Shown: piece by piece, positions 50,094 through 58,320 of the stretch
Layout of the letters: the number at the start of each line of letters is the position of its first letter
Position numbering within the stretch: position 1 is the first letter of the stretch
Sequence record: LT960552.1
Direction: 5' to 3' (one strand)
DNA length: 64,000 bases
Made by a program: the position numbers and the translations under genes
The notes under the pieces: model-generated
Told to the model about the DNA's origin: nothing
Database searches by the model: none
Seen by the model: only the letters and a program-made list of their open reading frames with translations

Positions 50094-50572
50094 ATTTGTG
50101 TCATGTCTAAATCACCAGATTTGATCAGTTTTCTTGCTTGATTCGCTCTCTTGGCTGTGTTAGACTCTGGTACTACATTAAATGATTCTAAAATAGAACA
50201 TTGTTGAGCAGAGGGCAATGATTTGAACTTTCTAACATCAACAGTTAATGCAGTATGGTGTATAACTTGTTCATCTTCTGGTATATTATTATTTTTTTCT
50301 AAGTAATCAGCCAATTTTCTTAATACTTCATGAATAGGCTTGTCGGTTAAATGCCCCAAACAGCGTTTAAATGAGTTTACAACTCGACCTTCCCACCCGT
50401 TAACTTCATTTTGTAATACTTCACGGCAATGCTGATTGTCGGCATGAAGATGGTCTAAAACAGGTTTTGTTATAGGAATACCAATAATAGGATCTATACC
50501 TTTTTGTTTTTTTAACAATTCGTTGCGATATACTGCTGCTTCTTTTGAATTTTTTAATCTTTGTCGTTTCAT
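50078..50572 (-). CDS. Endonuclease VII-like Holliday junction resolvase (T4 gp49-like)
   Basis: Q.G.DPI...VLDHLH...CREVL...N..EG aligns by eye with T4 EndoVII (LDHDH...VRGLLC..CN..EG). RBS GAGG before ATG 50572. Confidence 0.75.
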   Translation of the reverse strand: MKRQRLKNSKEAAVYRNELLKKQKGIDPIIGIPITKPVLDHLHADNQHCREVLQNEVNGWEGRVVNSFKRCLGHLTDKPIHEVLRKLADYLEKNNNIPEDEQVIHHTALTVDVRKFKSLPSAQQCSILESFNVVPESNTAKRANQARKLIKSGDLDMTQIKKGA

Positions 50573-50614
50573 ATATACCTCTAAAGTCTTTATATAATTG
50601 TATTTAACGAAATA

Positions 50615-50643
50615 TGGAACAGATAAAAATAATTTGGTATAAT
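50615..50643 (+). promoter_or_regulatory. Early/middle-type promoter firing into a gene-free region
   Basis: TGGAAC 50615-50620; TGG-TATAAT 50638-50643. Confidence 0.75.
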
Positions 50644-50649
50644 AAGATA

Positions 50650-51149
50650 GTAAAACCCTGTTTGGCAATACATATATGTATTGACAGTTAATAATCCTGA
50701 TCTAGTCGAAAAGTAGACAGCAGATGAGAAGTTCAAACAGTTCGTTGTGCAAAAGAAACCCGTTAGAAGTACGTGCAGTCAATCAAATGAGACATAAGAC
50801 ACCGAGATCACGGCAATGCGGCACATTAAAGAAGTACACTAGGCAAATAGTACTTCCTCGATAGACATATAAGGATCGCACCTTACAAAGTAGCTAAGGG
50901 AGTTTTTCTGAATAAGAAAATTGCGATTGATTTATATACAATATAGATCCGTCAAAAATTCAGAAGAATAAGTATTAAGATTGATTGTATAGTCTTAATA
51001 TTAGTGTGGTAAGCCCACGACCGTTACTATATGAACAGTGATAGAGAGAAACAGAGTAACCCGCTTTCGTTCTAGTTATAGAAATTCACTATACAATTAA
51101 TCGATGACCATCATCGTCAGAAAATTAATACCTTAACTGGTATTTTTTT
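50650..51149 (+). ncRNA. Candidate ~500-nt structured non-coding RNA of unknown family
   Basis: Promoter upstream, terminator at 51127-51149, no ORF of 60 aa or more, and at least eight stems, several with G-U pairs on the + strand. Confidence 0.55.
51127..51149 (+). terminator. Intrinsic terminator-like hairpin
   Basis: AATACC-TTAACT-GGTATT followed by a T run. Confidence 0.6.
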
Positions 51150-51320
51150 ACGCATTCATTCCCCTGCGGGGGGATGGTATAATCTCAACAAATCTCGTCA
51201 GTATTATAGTATTGAACATAGAAAGAAATGAATTGAGTTGTTTCAGTACAAACGAAGTGAAGTACAGAACAACGAAAATTCTTTGACATTCGAAGAATGG
51301 CAAATTAAAACAATAGAAAC

Positions 51321-51356
51321 AAAAAAACCAGCAACATGTGCTGGTTATGATTTTTT
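51321..51356. terminator. Bidirectional terminator-like hairpin
   Basis: AACCAGCA-ACATG-TGCTGGTT with an A run on the left and a T run on the right. Confidence 0.7.
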
Positions 51357-51524
51357 GTTTTCACGTTTGATCTTTTTATTATATTGCTTCACCATCAAAT
51401 CTTTGTCATTGACTGGCATATTCAATAGCATTTCATATGAAGTATTAGGTATATGAACTGCTACTTCCATTAAAGAGTTTTTAATTTCTTCACAATTGAA
51501 CCGCAAATCAGATATTTCCTTCAT
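51345..51524 (-). CDS. Small gp51-like / tail-assembly-chaperone extension ORF (59 aa; absent from the ORF track)
   Basis: Translated by hand: MKEISDLRFNCEEIKNSLMEVAVHIPNTSYEMLLNMPVNDKDLMVKQYNKKIKRENKKS. ATG overlaps the upstream TAA (TAATG), and the frame is open back to the slippery site. Confidence 0.7.
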   Translation of the reverse strand: MKEISDLRFNCEEIKNSLMEVAVHIPNTSYEMLLNMPVNDKDLMVKQYNKKIKRENKKS

Positions 51525-52399
51525 TACTTCGTCTGGTTCTGAGATGAGAAGCTTGATACGAAAAAACTGCTTGGATCAAATTGAAGATTTTCTAATTTCC
51601 ATTCATGTCCACATTTAGAACATCCCACATCCATTTCATGAGTTACCCCAACATTATTAATATAATCAGATTTTTCACGAATTTGTTTTAAAATAAATGC
51701 TGGTTGTTTTCCTAACCAATCGTTAATAAATTCTCTTTCAGTAACTACAATTTGGTCTACAGTTTCAATAGATTCAATATTTGCAACTATCATATCAAAA
51801 CTTAATTGAGTCATACTTTCAAATACTGAAGTAAACTGTTTAATTTTATCATCATCAGATAAATCAGCTCCTTCCAATAATTGAGCTTTCTTTTGCTCTT
51901 GAAACATTTTAAGCCCAAACTCTGAATGTTCTTTCCATGTATGAGGCTTAAATTTCAACATTAATCCACCAACATCTTCAAGTACTAACGTAGGTTGTTC
52001 TTCTATAAGTTCAGCACTATCAATTAAGTACTGCAAATTCCTTTCAAATGCCCCATGATGATCACATTCTGGACAATTTACTTCTATTTGATATTCTGTT
52101 TCTTTTGTGGCTAGTTTAATTCCTATTAAAAGTAATTCAACATCAGGAACAAACAATTCACGAGCATTTGCTATATTTGGTACACAATTCTGAATAACAT
52201 TAACTACTGCTTCACCATTCATAAGTGCATCAGGATTGTTAAACATCAATTCATCTCGTGCCGACCGTGCACAAATACCACATTCTACTGTATTATTAAC
52301 TAACACACCAGCAGGGTATTTTATTACATCATTACTTACTAATTTTGTATATAAAGTTTCTACTTTAGTATACTTTGATAAAGGGTTCATTTGATTCAT
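51524..52399 (-). CDS. Baseplate hub assembly / tail assembly chaperone (T4 gp26-like)
   Basis: NPLSKY, ARDELMFNNPDALMNGEAV..VIQNC, DVELLLIGIKLAT, CPEC and CSKC zinc pairs, FDPSSFF near the end. Confidence 0.75.
   Translation of the reverse strand: MNQMNPLSKYTKVETLYTKLVSNDVIKYPAGVLVNNTVECGICARSARDELMFNNPDALMNGEAVVNVIQNCVPNIANARELFVPDVELLLIGIKLATKETEYQIEVNCPECDHHGAFERNLQYLIDSAELIEEQPTLVLEDVGGLMLKFKPHTWKEHSEFGLKMFQEQKKAQLLEGADLSDDDKIKQFTSVFESMTQLSFDMIVANIESIETVDQIVVTEREFINDWLGKQPAFILKQIREKSDYINNVGVTHEMDVGCSKCGHEWKLENLQFDPSSFFVSSFSSQNQTK
51560..51566 (-). other. Putative -1 ribosomal frameshift heptamer T TTT TTC
   Basis: In-frame AGT TTT TTC; the -1 frame (TTT TTT CGT ATC...) runs without a stop into ORF 51345-51524. 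Confidence 0.6.
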
Positions 52400-52410
52400 A
52401 CTGACTCCAT

Positions 52411-52418
52411 AATAAATA
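52411..52418 (+). promoter_or_regulatory. T4-type late promoter (AATAAATA)
   Basis: NATAAATA box upstream of the putative tape measure/portal operon. Confidence 0.55.
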
Positions 52419-52463
52419 CGTCTATACTATATTTTGTATAGAGTTATTTATGAGGGAAAATAC

Positions 52464-54611
52464 ATGGCAGGACTTAGCTCAGATTACATCTTACAATCGA
52501 TTTTGGATCAAAATGTTACTGCAAATGATAATTTATCTGCAATGCGTGAACTTCTTTCAAGTATCAATAAAGGTGTAAAAAATGGTAGTGGTTCTGGTGA
52601 TTCATCAGGATCTGGTAGTGGAAATAATAATAGAAGACCACCACCAAAGAAAGATAGTAATGCATTTGGAAAAGCATTTAAAGATTTATTTGGAGAAGCT
52701 AAAAATATTGGTGGTACTGTTCTTGGTAATAATGGTTCTATTCAAAACACGGTAGGTGCAGTATCTACATCAGCAAAAACACTACAATCATCATTAGGAA
52801 AATTACCAGGTCCAATTGGATTAGCTGCTAATGCATTTTTATCAATAATTCAAGTTGGTGGAATGGTTTATGACTATTTGAATGACCAATTGAATATGTA
52901 CAATCAACTTAATAGTGCAGGACTATCATTAGCTGATGGTATGTTAACTGTACGTAAAGGTGCATCAGGTGCATTTTTAAGTATTAATGAATATTCAAAA
53001 GTATTAGAGAAAAACAGTGATGCTATTGCTGCAATGGATGGACAGTATGGCGATGGTGTTGAACACTTTGGTAAATTACTAAATACCGTCCAACTAACAC
53101 AAGAAAAAATTGGATTATATGGAGTATCCCAGCAACAATTAGCAGATATTGCTGCAAAGAATTTCAAATTTGAAAAAATGTATTCAGGTCAATCACAATT
53201 GCGTAGTATGACTGAATCTCAAAGTACTGAAAAATTTGTCGGTACTATGACATACTTAAGTAAGACTGTTGGTAAAAGTGTAGATGAATTAATCACTAAG
53301 TTTAGTGATATGAGTCAAAACCTTGATACTGGTTTATCACAAGATGCGTTGATGACTTATTATGGATTAACTGAAGATAAAGCATCACAAGTTACCAAAA
53401 GTATGAACTCAATATTTGCAAGTATGGGTGAAGCTGGTTCTCAATTACAAAAATTAAATGCTAGTAAATTACAAACTGGTGCATTACCAGAAGAATTCAA
53501 TAACCAATTTACTCAAATGTATACTGATAGGATAACACAGTTACAAGCTGCTGGAATAACTGATGAAAAACAACTTCGTCGTGCTATGTCGAAGTATGTT
53601 AAGGATCATAAAAAACAGTTAGATGATGAAATACGTTATCAGAATCTAGCAGGGAATACTACTGCATCAGCATGGTTAAACCAACTTAGAAATATTGAAA
53701 ACACATTGAATGATCCTAAAAATCAACCAAGTCCAATAATTGAAAATTTCACTAATAGATTTAACTTATGGATAGGAAAAACATTCACTGAACCATTCAA
53801 TGCATTTTATGCAAAAACTGCCGAAGGTGCAGTACAGTACTTGTCGGATTTAGCAGATAGAAGTACTGACTCATGGGATTTCATGGCTAATTTAGTTTCT
53901 GATGCATTTACTAAGTTTGATGCAGGTATGCTTGGGCCATTTGGTGCGTTAATAGAACTTCCAAAAAAATTAATGAATATAATTTTTGGAGATTCATGGA
54001 ATAAAGTCACTGATGCTTTTACTAATTTAGGTGGAGATCTTGTACAAATTCCAGTACGTATTGGTAAATTAATATGGGAAATGTTCACTGGTTCCAGTGA
54101 TGAAGTAGACCAAGCAGGGAAAGAATTAGCGGGGTCAATAAAAAGAGTATTTGCATCAGTAGGTAATGCTTTTGATAATATAACTAAGTTAGATATTAAT
54201 ATGGATGATGTTAAAAATAAATTTTTAGATGCATTTAATTCATTAAAAAGTAAATTATCATCAGTATGGAGCAAAATGAAATCTTGGTGGAGTGATGCAG
54301 ATGATTCACCATCTGATAAATCTAAACCTGAAACTAAAAAACCACCTACACCAATAGCAAATCAACCAAAAACATCAGGACAACAAAAAGTAACTTCTCC
54401 CGCAGAATATACTAAACCTGAACAGATAGAACAATCAGAACCACCTTCAATGACAGAGGTTCAAACAGCACAGAATAGTACTACAGATCCTACAAATAAG
54501 ATACTTTCTGCAATACTAAATAACTTAGAAAGTCAAGGACAGGCAAACAGTCAAGCCGCGATTATTTTAAGACAGATTGCTGATAATACAGAACCTGCTC
54601 GAAATGTATAA
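52464..54611 (+). CDS. Putative tape measure / baseplate hub protein (T4 gp29-like role)
   Basis: About 715 aa, predominantly helical-looking, with aromatic-spaced amphipathic C-terminal half; adjacent to the gp26/51-like genes. Inferred from composition and context only. Confidence 0.55.
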   Translation: MAGLSSDYILQSILDQNVTANDNLSAMRELLSSINKGVKNGSGSGDSSGSGSGNNNRRPPPKKDSNAFGKAFKDLFGEAKNIGGTVLGNNGSIQNTVGAVSTSAKTLQSSLGKLPGPIGLAANAFLSIIQVGGMVYDYLNDQLNMYNQLNSAGLSLADGMLTVRKGASGAFLSINEYSKVLEKNSDAIAAMDGQYGDGVEHFGKLLNTVQLTQEKIGLYGVSQQQLADIAAKNFKFEKMYSGQSQLRSMTESQSTEKFVGTMTYLSKTVGKSVDELITKFSDMSQNLDTGLSQDALMTYYGLTEDKASQVTKSMNSIFASMGEAGSQLQKLNASKLQTGALPEEFNNQFTQMYTDRITQLQAAGITDEKQLRRAMSKYVKDHKKQLDDEIRYQNLAGNTTASAWLNQLRNIENTLNDPKNQPSPIIENFTNRFNLWIGKTFTEPFNAFYAKTAEGAVQYLSDLADRSTDSWDFMANLVSDAFTKFDAGMLGPFGALIELPKKLMNIIFGDSWNKVTDAFTNLGGDLVQIPVRIGKLIWEMFTGSSDEVDQAGKELAGSIKRVFASVGNAFDNITKLDINMDDVKNKFLDAFNSLKSKLSSVWSKMKSWWSDADDSPSDKSKPETKKPPTPIANQPKTSGQQKVTSPAEYTKPEQIEQSEPPSMTEVQTAQNSTTDPTNKILSAILNNLESQGQANSQAAIILRQIADNTEPARNV

Positions 54612-54628
54612 ATGGAGTTATATAAAAA

Positions 54629-56362
54629 ATGAGTTGGAAACGACATATGACAATGGGGCGTTCGAAAATTTCGAATTCCAATAGAAATAATTCAACACCA
54701 ATACAGTCTTCAGGGGCAAAAACTAATTTTTCCTCTTACTTACCTGCTGTATATACAGGATTGTCAAATCGTATTGATCGATATAGACAATACGACCAAA
54801 TGGATCAAGATCCAGAAATTAGAACTGCACTTAATATAATCGCAGATTTTTGTACCCAAAGTACACAAGATTATGGATTACCATTTAAGATTCAGTATAA
54901 AGATACAATGGGAGATACTGAAGTTACCACATTAGAAGATAGATTAGAATCATGGGCTGACCAAAATCAATTTAAAATACGAATTTACGATATTATTCGT
55001 GGTATTTTAAAATATGGGGATCAGTTCTTTATTCGTGATCCAGAAACATTTGAATGGTATTGGGTAAATCCAATGAATGTAGATAAAGTGGTAGTTAATG
55101 AAAGTACTGGTAAAAATCCAATCATTTATTATATTCGAGATGTTTCATTGAATATGCGTGATAAAGTAATGAGTAATTTACAATTAGGATTTGATAAAAT
55201 GGCTTATCCAGGATCATTACCTAATTCGTTAGCTGGATCTGGACAACAATATGGTTCTGGTGGTGGAGCAGGAGCAGATAGTTCTAATCCATTCGGTACT
55301 AATGGACAATTAGATGTATTACCAGTTGCCGCTGAGCATGTTATTCACTTATCACTAAACTCTGGACAAGATCCATTTTGGCCTTTTGGTACTAGTATTC
55401 TTGAAAATATTTTTAAAGTATATAAACAAAAAGAGTTATTAGAAGATAGTATAATAATTTATCGTGTACAACGTGCACCAGAACGTCGTGTTTTTAAAAT
55501 AGACGTAGGTGATATGCAACCACACCAAGCTATGGCATTTGTTGAAAGAGTTAAAAATGATATACATCAACGTAGAATACCTTCTAATAAAGGTGGAAGT
55601 ACTTCATTAATGGATGCAGCATATAACCCATTAAGTATATTAGAAGATTACTTTTTCCCACAAACTGCTGATGGTCGAGGATCATCGGTTGAAACACTAC
55701 CAGGTGGTGATAATTTAGGGCAAATTGATGATTTACGTTATTTTAATAATAAATTGATACGTGGATTACAAATTCCAGCATCATATCTACCAATGGGGCC
55801 AGATGATGGTGGCGTTGCGTTATTCGGTGATGGTGCAACACAAGCTATGGCAAGTGAATTACGTTTTAATAATGAATGTATGCGTTATCAGAGAATTATT
55901 TCTCGTATTTTTGATGATGAATTTAAACGTTATATGCTTAAAAATGGATATAACATAAGTGCTTCATCATTTGAAGTGACATTTAATCCACCAATGAACT
56001 TTGCAGCGAATCGTAAAGCAGAAATGGATGCTAAATTAATACAAACTTATATGCCATTAAATGATCTAAAATACTTCTCTAAACAGTTCATTATGAAGCA
56101 AATGGGCTTCGAACAAGATGATATTGTTGAGAATGAACGTTTATGGATGCAAGAAAATCCAGAAGCAATTAAAAATAGTAATACTAATGAAACTGGTGCA
56201 ACTGCTGGATTACAATCAGTTGGACTAGAAGCACCTAATAATCCAGAAACGGATTTAGGAATGGATGAAGATGGAAACTTAGAAAGTGCTGATGCAGAAT
56301 ATGAAAACCAAAATGGTGGAAATTCTGGATTTGATCCTAATAGTTTAGGTAATTCATTTTAA
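54629..56362 (+). CDS. Portal protein (T4 gp20-like)
   Basis: YDQMDQDPEI, LEDSIIIYRVQRAPERRVFKIDVG, EDYFFPQTADGRGSSVETLPGG, DDLRYFNNKLIRGLQIP. Confidence 0.95.
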   Translation: MSWKRHMTMGRSKISNSNRNNSTPIQSSGAKTNFSSYLPAVYTGLSNRIDRYRQYDQMDQDPEIRTALNIIADFCTQSTQDYGLPFKIQYKDTMGDTEVTTLEDRLESWADQNQFKIRIYDIIRGILKYGDQFFIRDPETFEWYWVNPMNVDKVVVNESTGKNPIIYYIRDVSLNMRDKVMSNLQLGFDKMAYPGSLPNSLAGSGQQYGSGGGAGADSSNPFGTNGQLDVLPVAAEHVIHLSLNSGQDPFWPFGTSILENIFKVYKQKELLEDSIIIYRVQRAPERRVFKIDVGDMQPHQAMAFVERVKNDIHQRRIPSNKGGSTSLMDAAYNPLSILEDYFFPQTADGRGSSVETLPGGDNLGQIDDLRYFNNKLIRGLQIPASYLPMGPDDGGVALFGDGATQAMASELRFNNECMRYQRIISRIFDDEFKRYMLKNGYNISASSFEVTFNPPMNFAANRKAEMDAKLIQTYMPLNDLKYFSKQFIMKQMGFEQDDIVENERLWMQENPEAIKNSNTNETGATAGLQSVGLEAPNNPETDLGMDEDGNLESADAEYENQNGGNSGFDPNSLGNSF

Positions 56363-56366
56363 GGTT

Positions 56367-56374
56367 CATAAATA
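56367..56374 (+). promoter_or_regulatory. T4-type late promoter (CATAAATA)
   Basis: NATAAATA box after the portal gene. Confidence 0.5.
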
Positions 56375-56417
56375 ATGTTGATTCGTTCAATGAACGATTG
56401 AATAATAAGGATAGGTT

Positions 56418-56651
56418 ATGTTAGATGAAATTTTTGAAGCTAAAGATGACTCTATGTACGACCCTGAAGATGATCAGACAGTATATAAGTTGACTGACAC
56501 TCGGAAACCTAAATTGACATTACAAATTCTCAATAACTTAAGAAAGTATAGAGAATTTAAAAAGAATGAGGCTGCTAAGCGTGATGCAATTGTTGCTATA
56601 GTATATGCACAATCTTCTGGTGATGATCAAGCTGGTGGTGGAATGATGTAA
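56418..56651 (+). CDS. Small head-module protein (putative prohead core)
   Basis: 77 aa between portal and core genes; AGGA RBS; DTRKPKLTL motif. Confidence 0.65.
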   Translation: MLDEIFEAKDDSMYDPEDDQTVYKLTDTRKPKLTLQILNNLRKYREFKKNEAAKRDAIVAIVYAQSSGDDQAGGGMM

Positions 56652-56759
56652 TTATTAATGAAAAGTACTGTTTTTAAGCTTTTTTGAAAATGGTATTTTT
56701 ATTAATAATAAATAATGACATACCAAAATAAAATTTTGTATATCTGTTTGGAGGATATA

Positions 56760-57599
56760 ATGGCAAATATGAAACTATTGCAAGAAGCTATCCAAGCTTT
56801 TGCTAATGGCAACAACGAAATCGCTGATAAAAAAATGCGTAAATATTTCGTTGAGCAAGCTCAAGAAATTAATAAGAAACTAGAAGAAGAAATGGAAGAA
56901 GAAGTATGTGAAGATATTAATTCTGATCCAGAAGAAGATATGACTGATGAAATTGGTTATAAGCTTAATGAAGGTGGTTTCGAATTTGATGATGGTCGTG
57001 GTTCAGATGGTTGGGAACCAGAAGATGATCATTCAATGAATGAAGAAGAAGAAGAAGATTTTGATATTGAATCTGACGATGGCGATGTAGAAGTTTCTGC
57101 TTCTAGTACTGCACCTGATGCTGATCAATGGGAAACAATTAAAACTGCATTCGAAGATTTAGAACGTATGTTTGATGAAATCGAAGGTGGTTCAGTTGAT
57201 TTTGAAGATGATGAATCTAATGATTTCGGTAATGAAGAAGAAGAAGTTGAAGATGAATTCAGTGATGTTCAGTTCGGTGATGAACAAGTTGGTGAAGCTT
57301 TCCAAATGAAGAAAGTATCTGAACCAGAAAAAACTGAAAAAGCAGGAGTTAATAAGAAGTCTGTAGTTGCTCCTAATGCTAAATCTCCAGTTGATGGTGT
57401 TAAACCAGTAACTATTAAAGACGGTACTGTTGATGCAACTGATGATAAGTTTGAAAACTCTGATGCTATGACAGTTAAAGTAGAAGATAACAATAATGTT
57501 ATGGATAACGGTAAACACGTTATGAAACCTGCTAAAACTCCAAAAAATACTGCTGAGAAATCACGTTCACCATTACCAAAAAGTCAACCAAAATTATAA
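56760..57599 (+). CDS. Acidic prohead core / scaffold-like protein
   Basis: Extremely D/E-rich centre, K/P-rich tail; GGAGG RBS before ATG 56760; lies between portal and protease. Confidence 0.6.
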   Translation: MANMKLLQEAIQAFANGNNEIADKKMRKYFVEQAQEINKKLEEEMEEEVCEDINSDPEEDMTDEIGYKLNEGGFEFDDGRGSDGWEPEDDHSMNEEEEEDFDIESDDGDVEVSASSTAPDADQWETIKTAFEDLERMFDEIEGGSVDFEDDESNDFGNEEEEVEDEFSDVQFGDEQVGEAFQMKKVSEPEKTEKAGVNKKSVVAPNAKSPVDGVKPVTIKDGTVDATDDKFENSDAMTVKVEDNNNVMDNGKHVMKPAKTPKNTAEKSRSPLPKSQPKL

Positions 57600-57621
57600 T
57601 AATATATGAAGGAGATCATTT

Positions 57622-58251
57622 ATGAGTATGCTTAGGGAATGGTCTTCATTCAATGATTCTAAAATAATACTAGAGTATAAAGAGGATCAACTAACTGGAC
57701 GTAAGAATTGCTATCTTAAAGGGATAGCAATTCAAGCTGATCGTAGAAACTTAAACGAACGAGTTTATCCTTTTGCTGAGATTGCTAGAGCAGTTAATAA
57801 TATGGCAGAAAGAATTTCTAAAGGTGAAAGCATTTTATGTGAATGTGATCATCCAGAAACATTGACCGTAAACTTAGATAGAGTTGTTGGTATGATTACT
57901 AGTGTATGGATGGAAGGTGCTAATGGTATGGCTACTATTATGCTTCTTGATACAACATTAGGAAAAGATATCAGAACTATGATTGAAAGTGGTGTTAAGT
58001 TAGGTGTTAGCTCTCGCGGTTCAGGTAATGTTGACCACAATGGTGTGGTATCTGAATTTGAAATAGTAACAATTGATATTGTAGCACAACCAAGTGCTCC
58101 AGATGCATATCCACAAGCGGTATTTGAATCTCTCAATAATAAGTACGGTGCACCTATGACTGGCACAAACCGTGTGTTTGAGTCATCTAATAGTTCTTAT
58201 AATAAAGTTGATGATGAAATTCACCAATTTTTTAAGAATTTAAAAGGTTAA
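57622..58251 (+). CDS. Prohead protease (T4 gp21-like)
   Basis: YLKGIAIQADRRNLNERVYP, ECDHP, LGVSSRGSG, TIDIVAQPSAPDAY. Confidence 0.95.
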   Translation: MSMLREWSSFNDSKIILEYKEDQLTGRKNCYLKGIAIQADRRNLNERVYPFAEIARAVNNMAERISKGESILCECDHPETLTVNLDRVVGMITSVWMEGANGMATIMLLDTTLGKDIRTMIESGVKLGVSSRGSGNVDHNGVVSEFEIVTIDIVAQPSAPDAYPQAVFESLNNKYGAPMTGTNRVFESSNSSYNKVDDEIHQFFKNLKG

Positions 58252-58262
58252 TAAAATAAAAT

Positions 58263-58270
58263 TATAAATA
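58263..58270 (+). promoter_or_regulatory. T4-type late promoter (perfect TATAAATA)
   Basis: Perfect consensus upstream of the scaffold gene. Confidence 0.7.
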
Positions 58271-58320
58271 TCTGTATATCAAGAGTGCAGATATTATCAG
58301 TACTTTAAAGGAGAAAACAA

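Noticed and set aside
50650-51149. Group I intron, tmRNA, RNase P or tRNA identity for the structured region
   Set aside because: TATAGTC resembles the group I S element, but no GACTA P7 partner is present on the same strand and no gene is interrupted. No tmRNA acceptor ends, RNase P GAGGAAAGUCC or cloverleaf were seen.
51238-51456. 72-aa plus-strand ORF from the track
   Set aside because: TTG start without an RBS; it runs through a terminator hairpin and overlaps the better-supported minus-strand 51345-51524 ORF.
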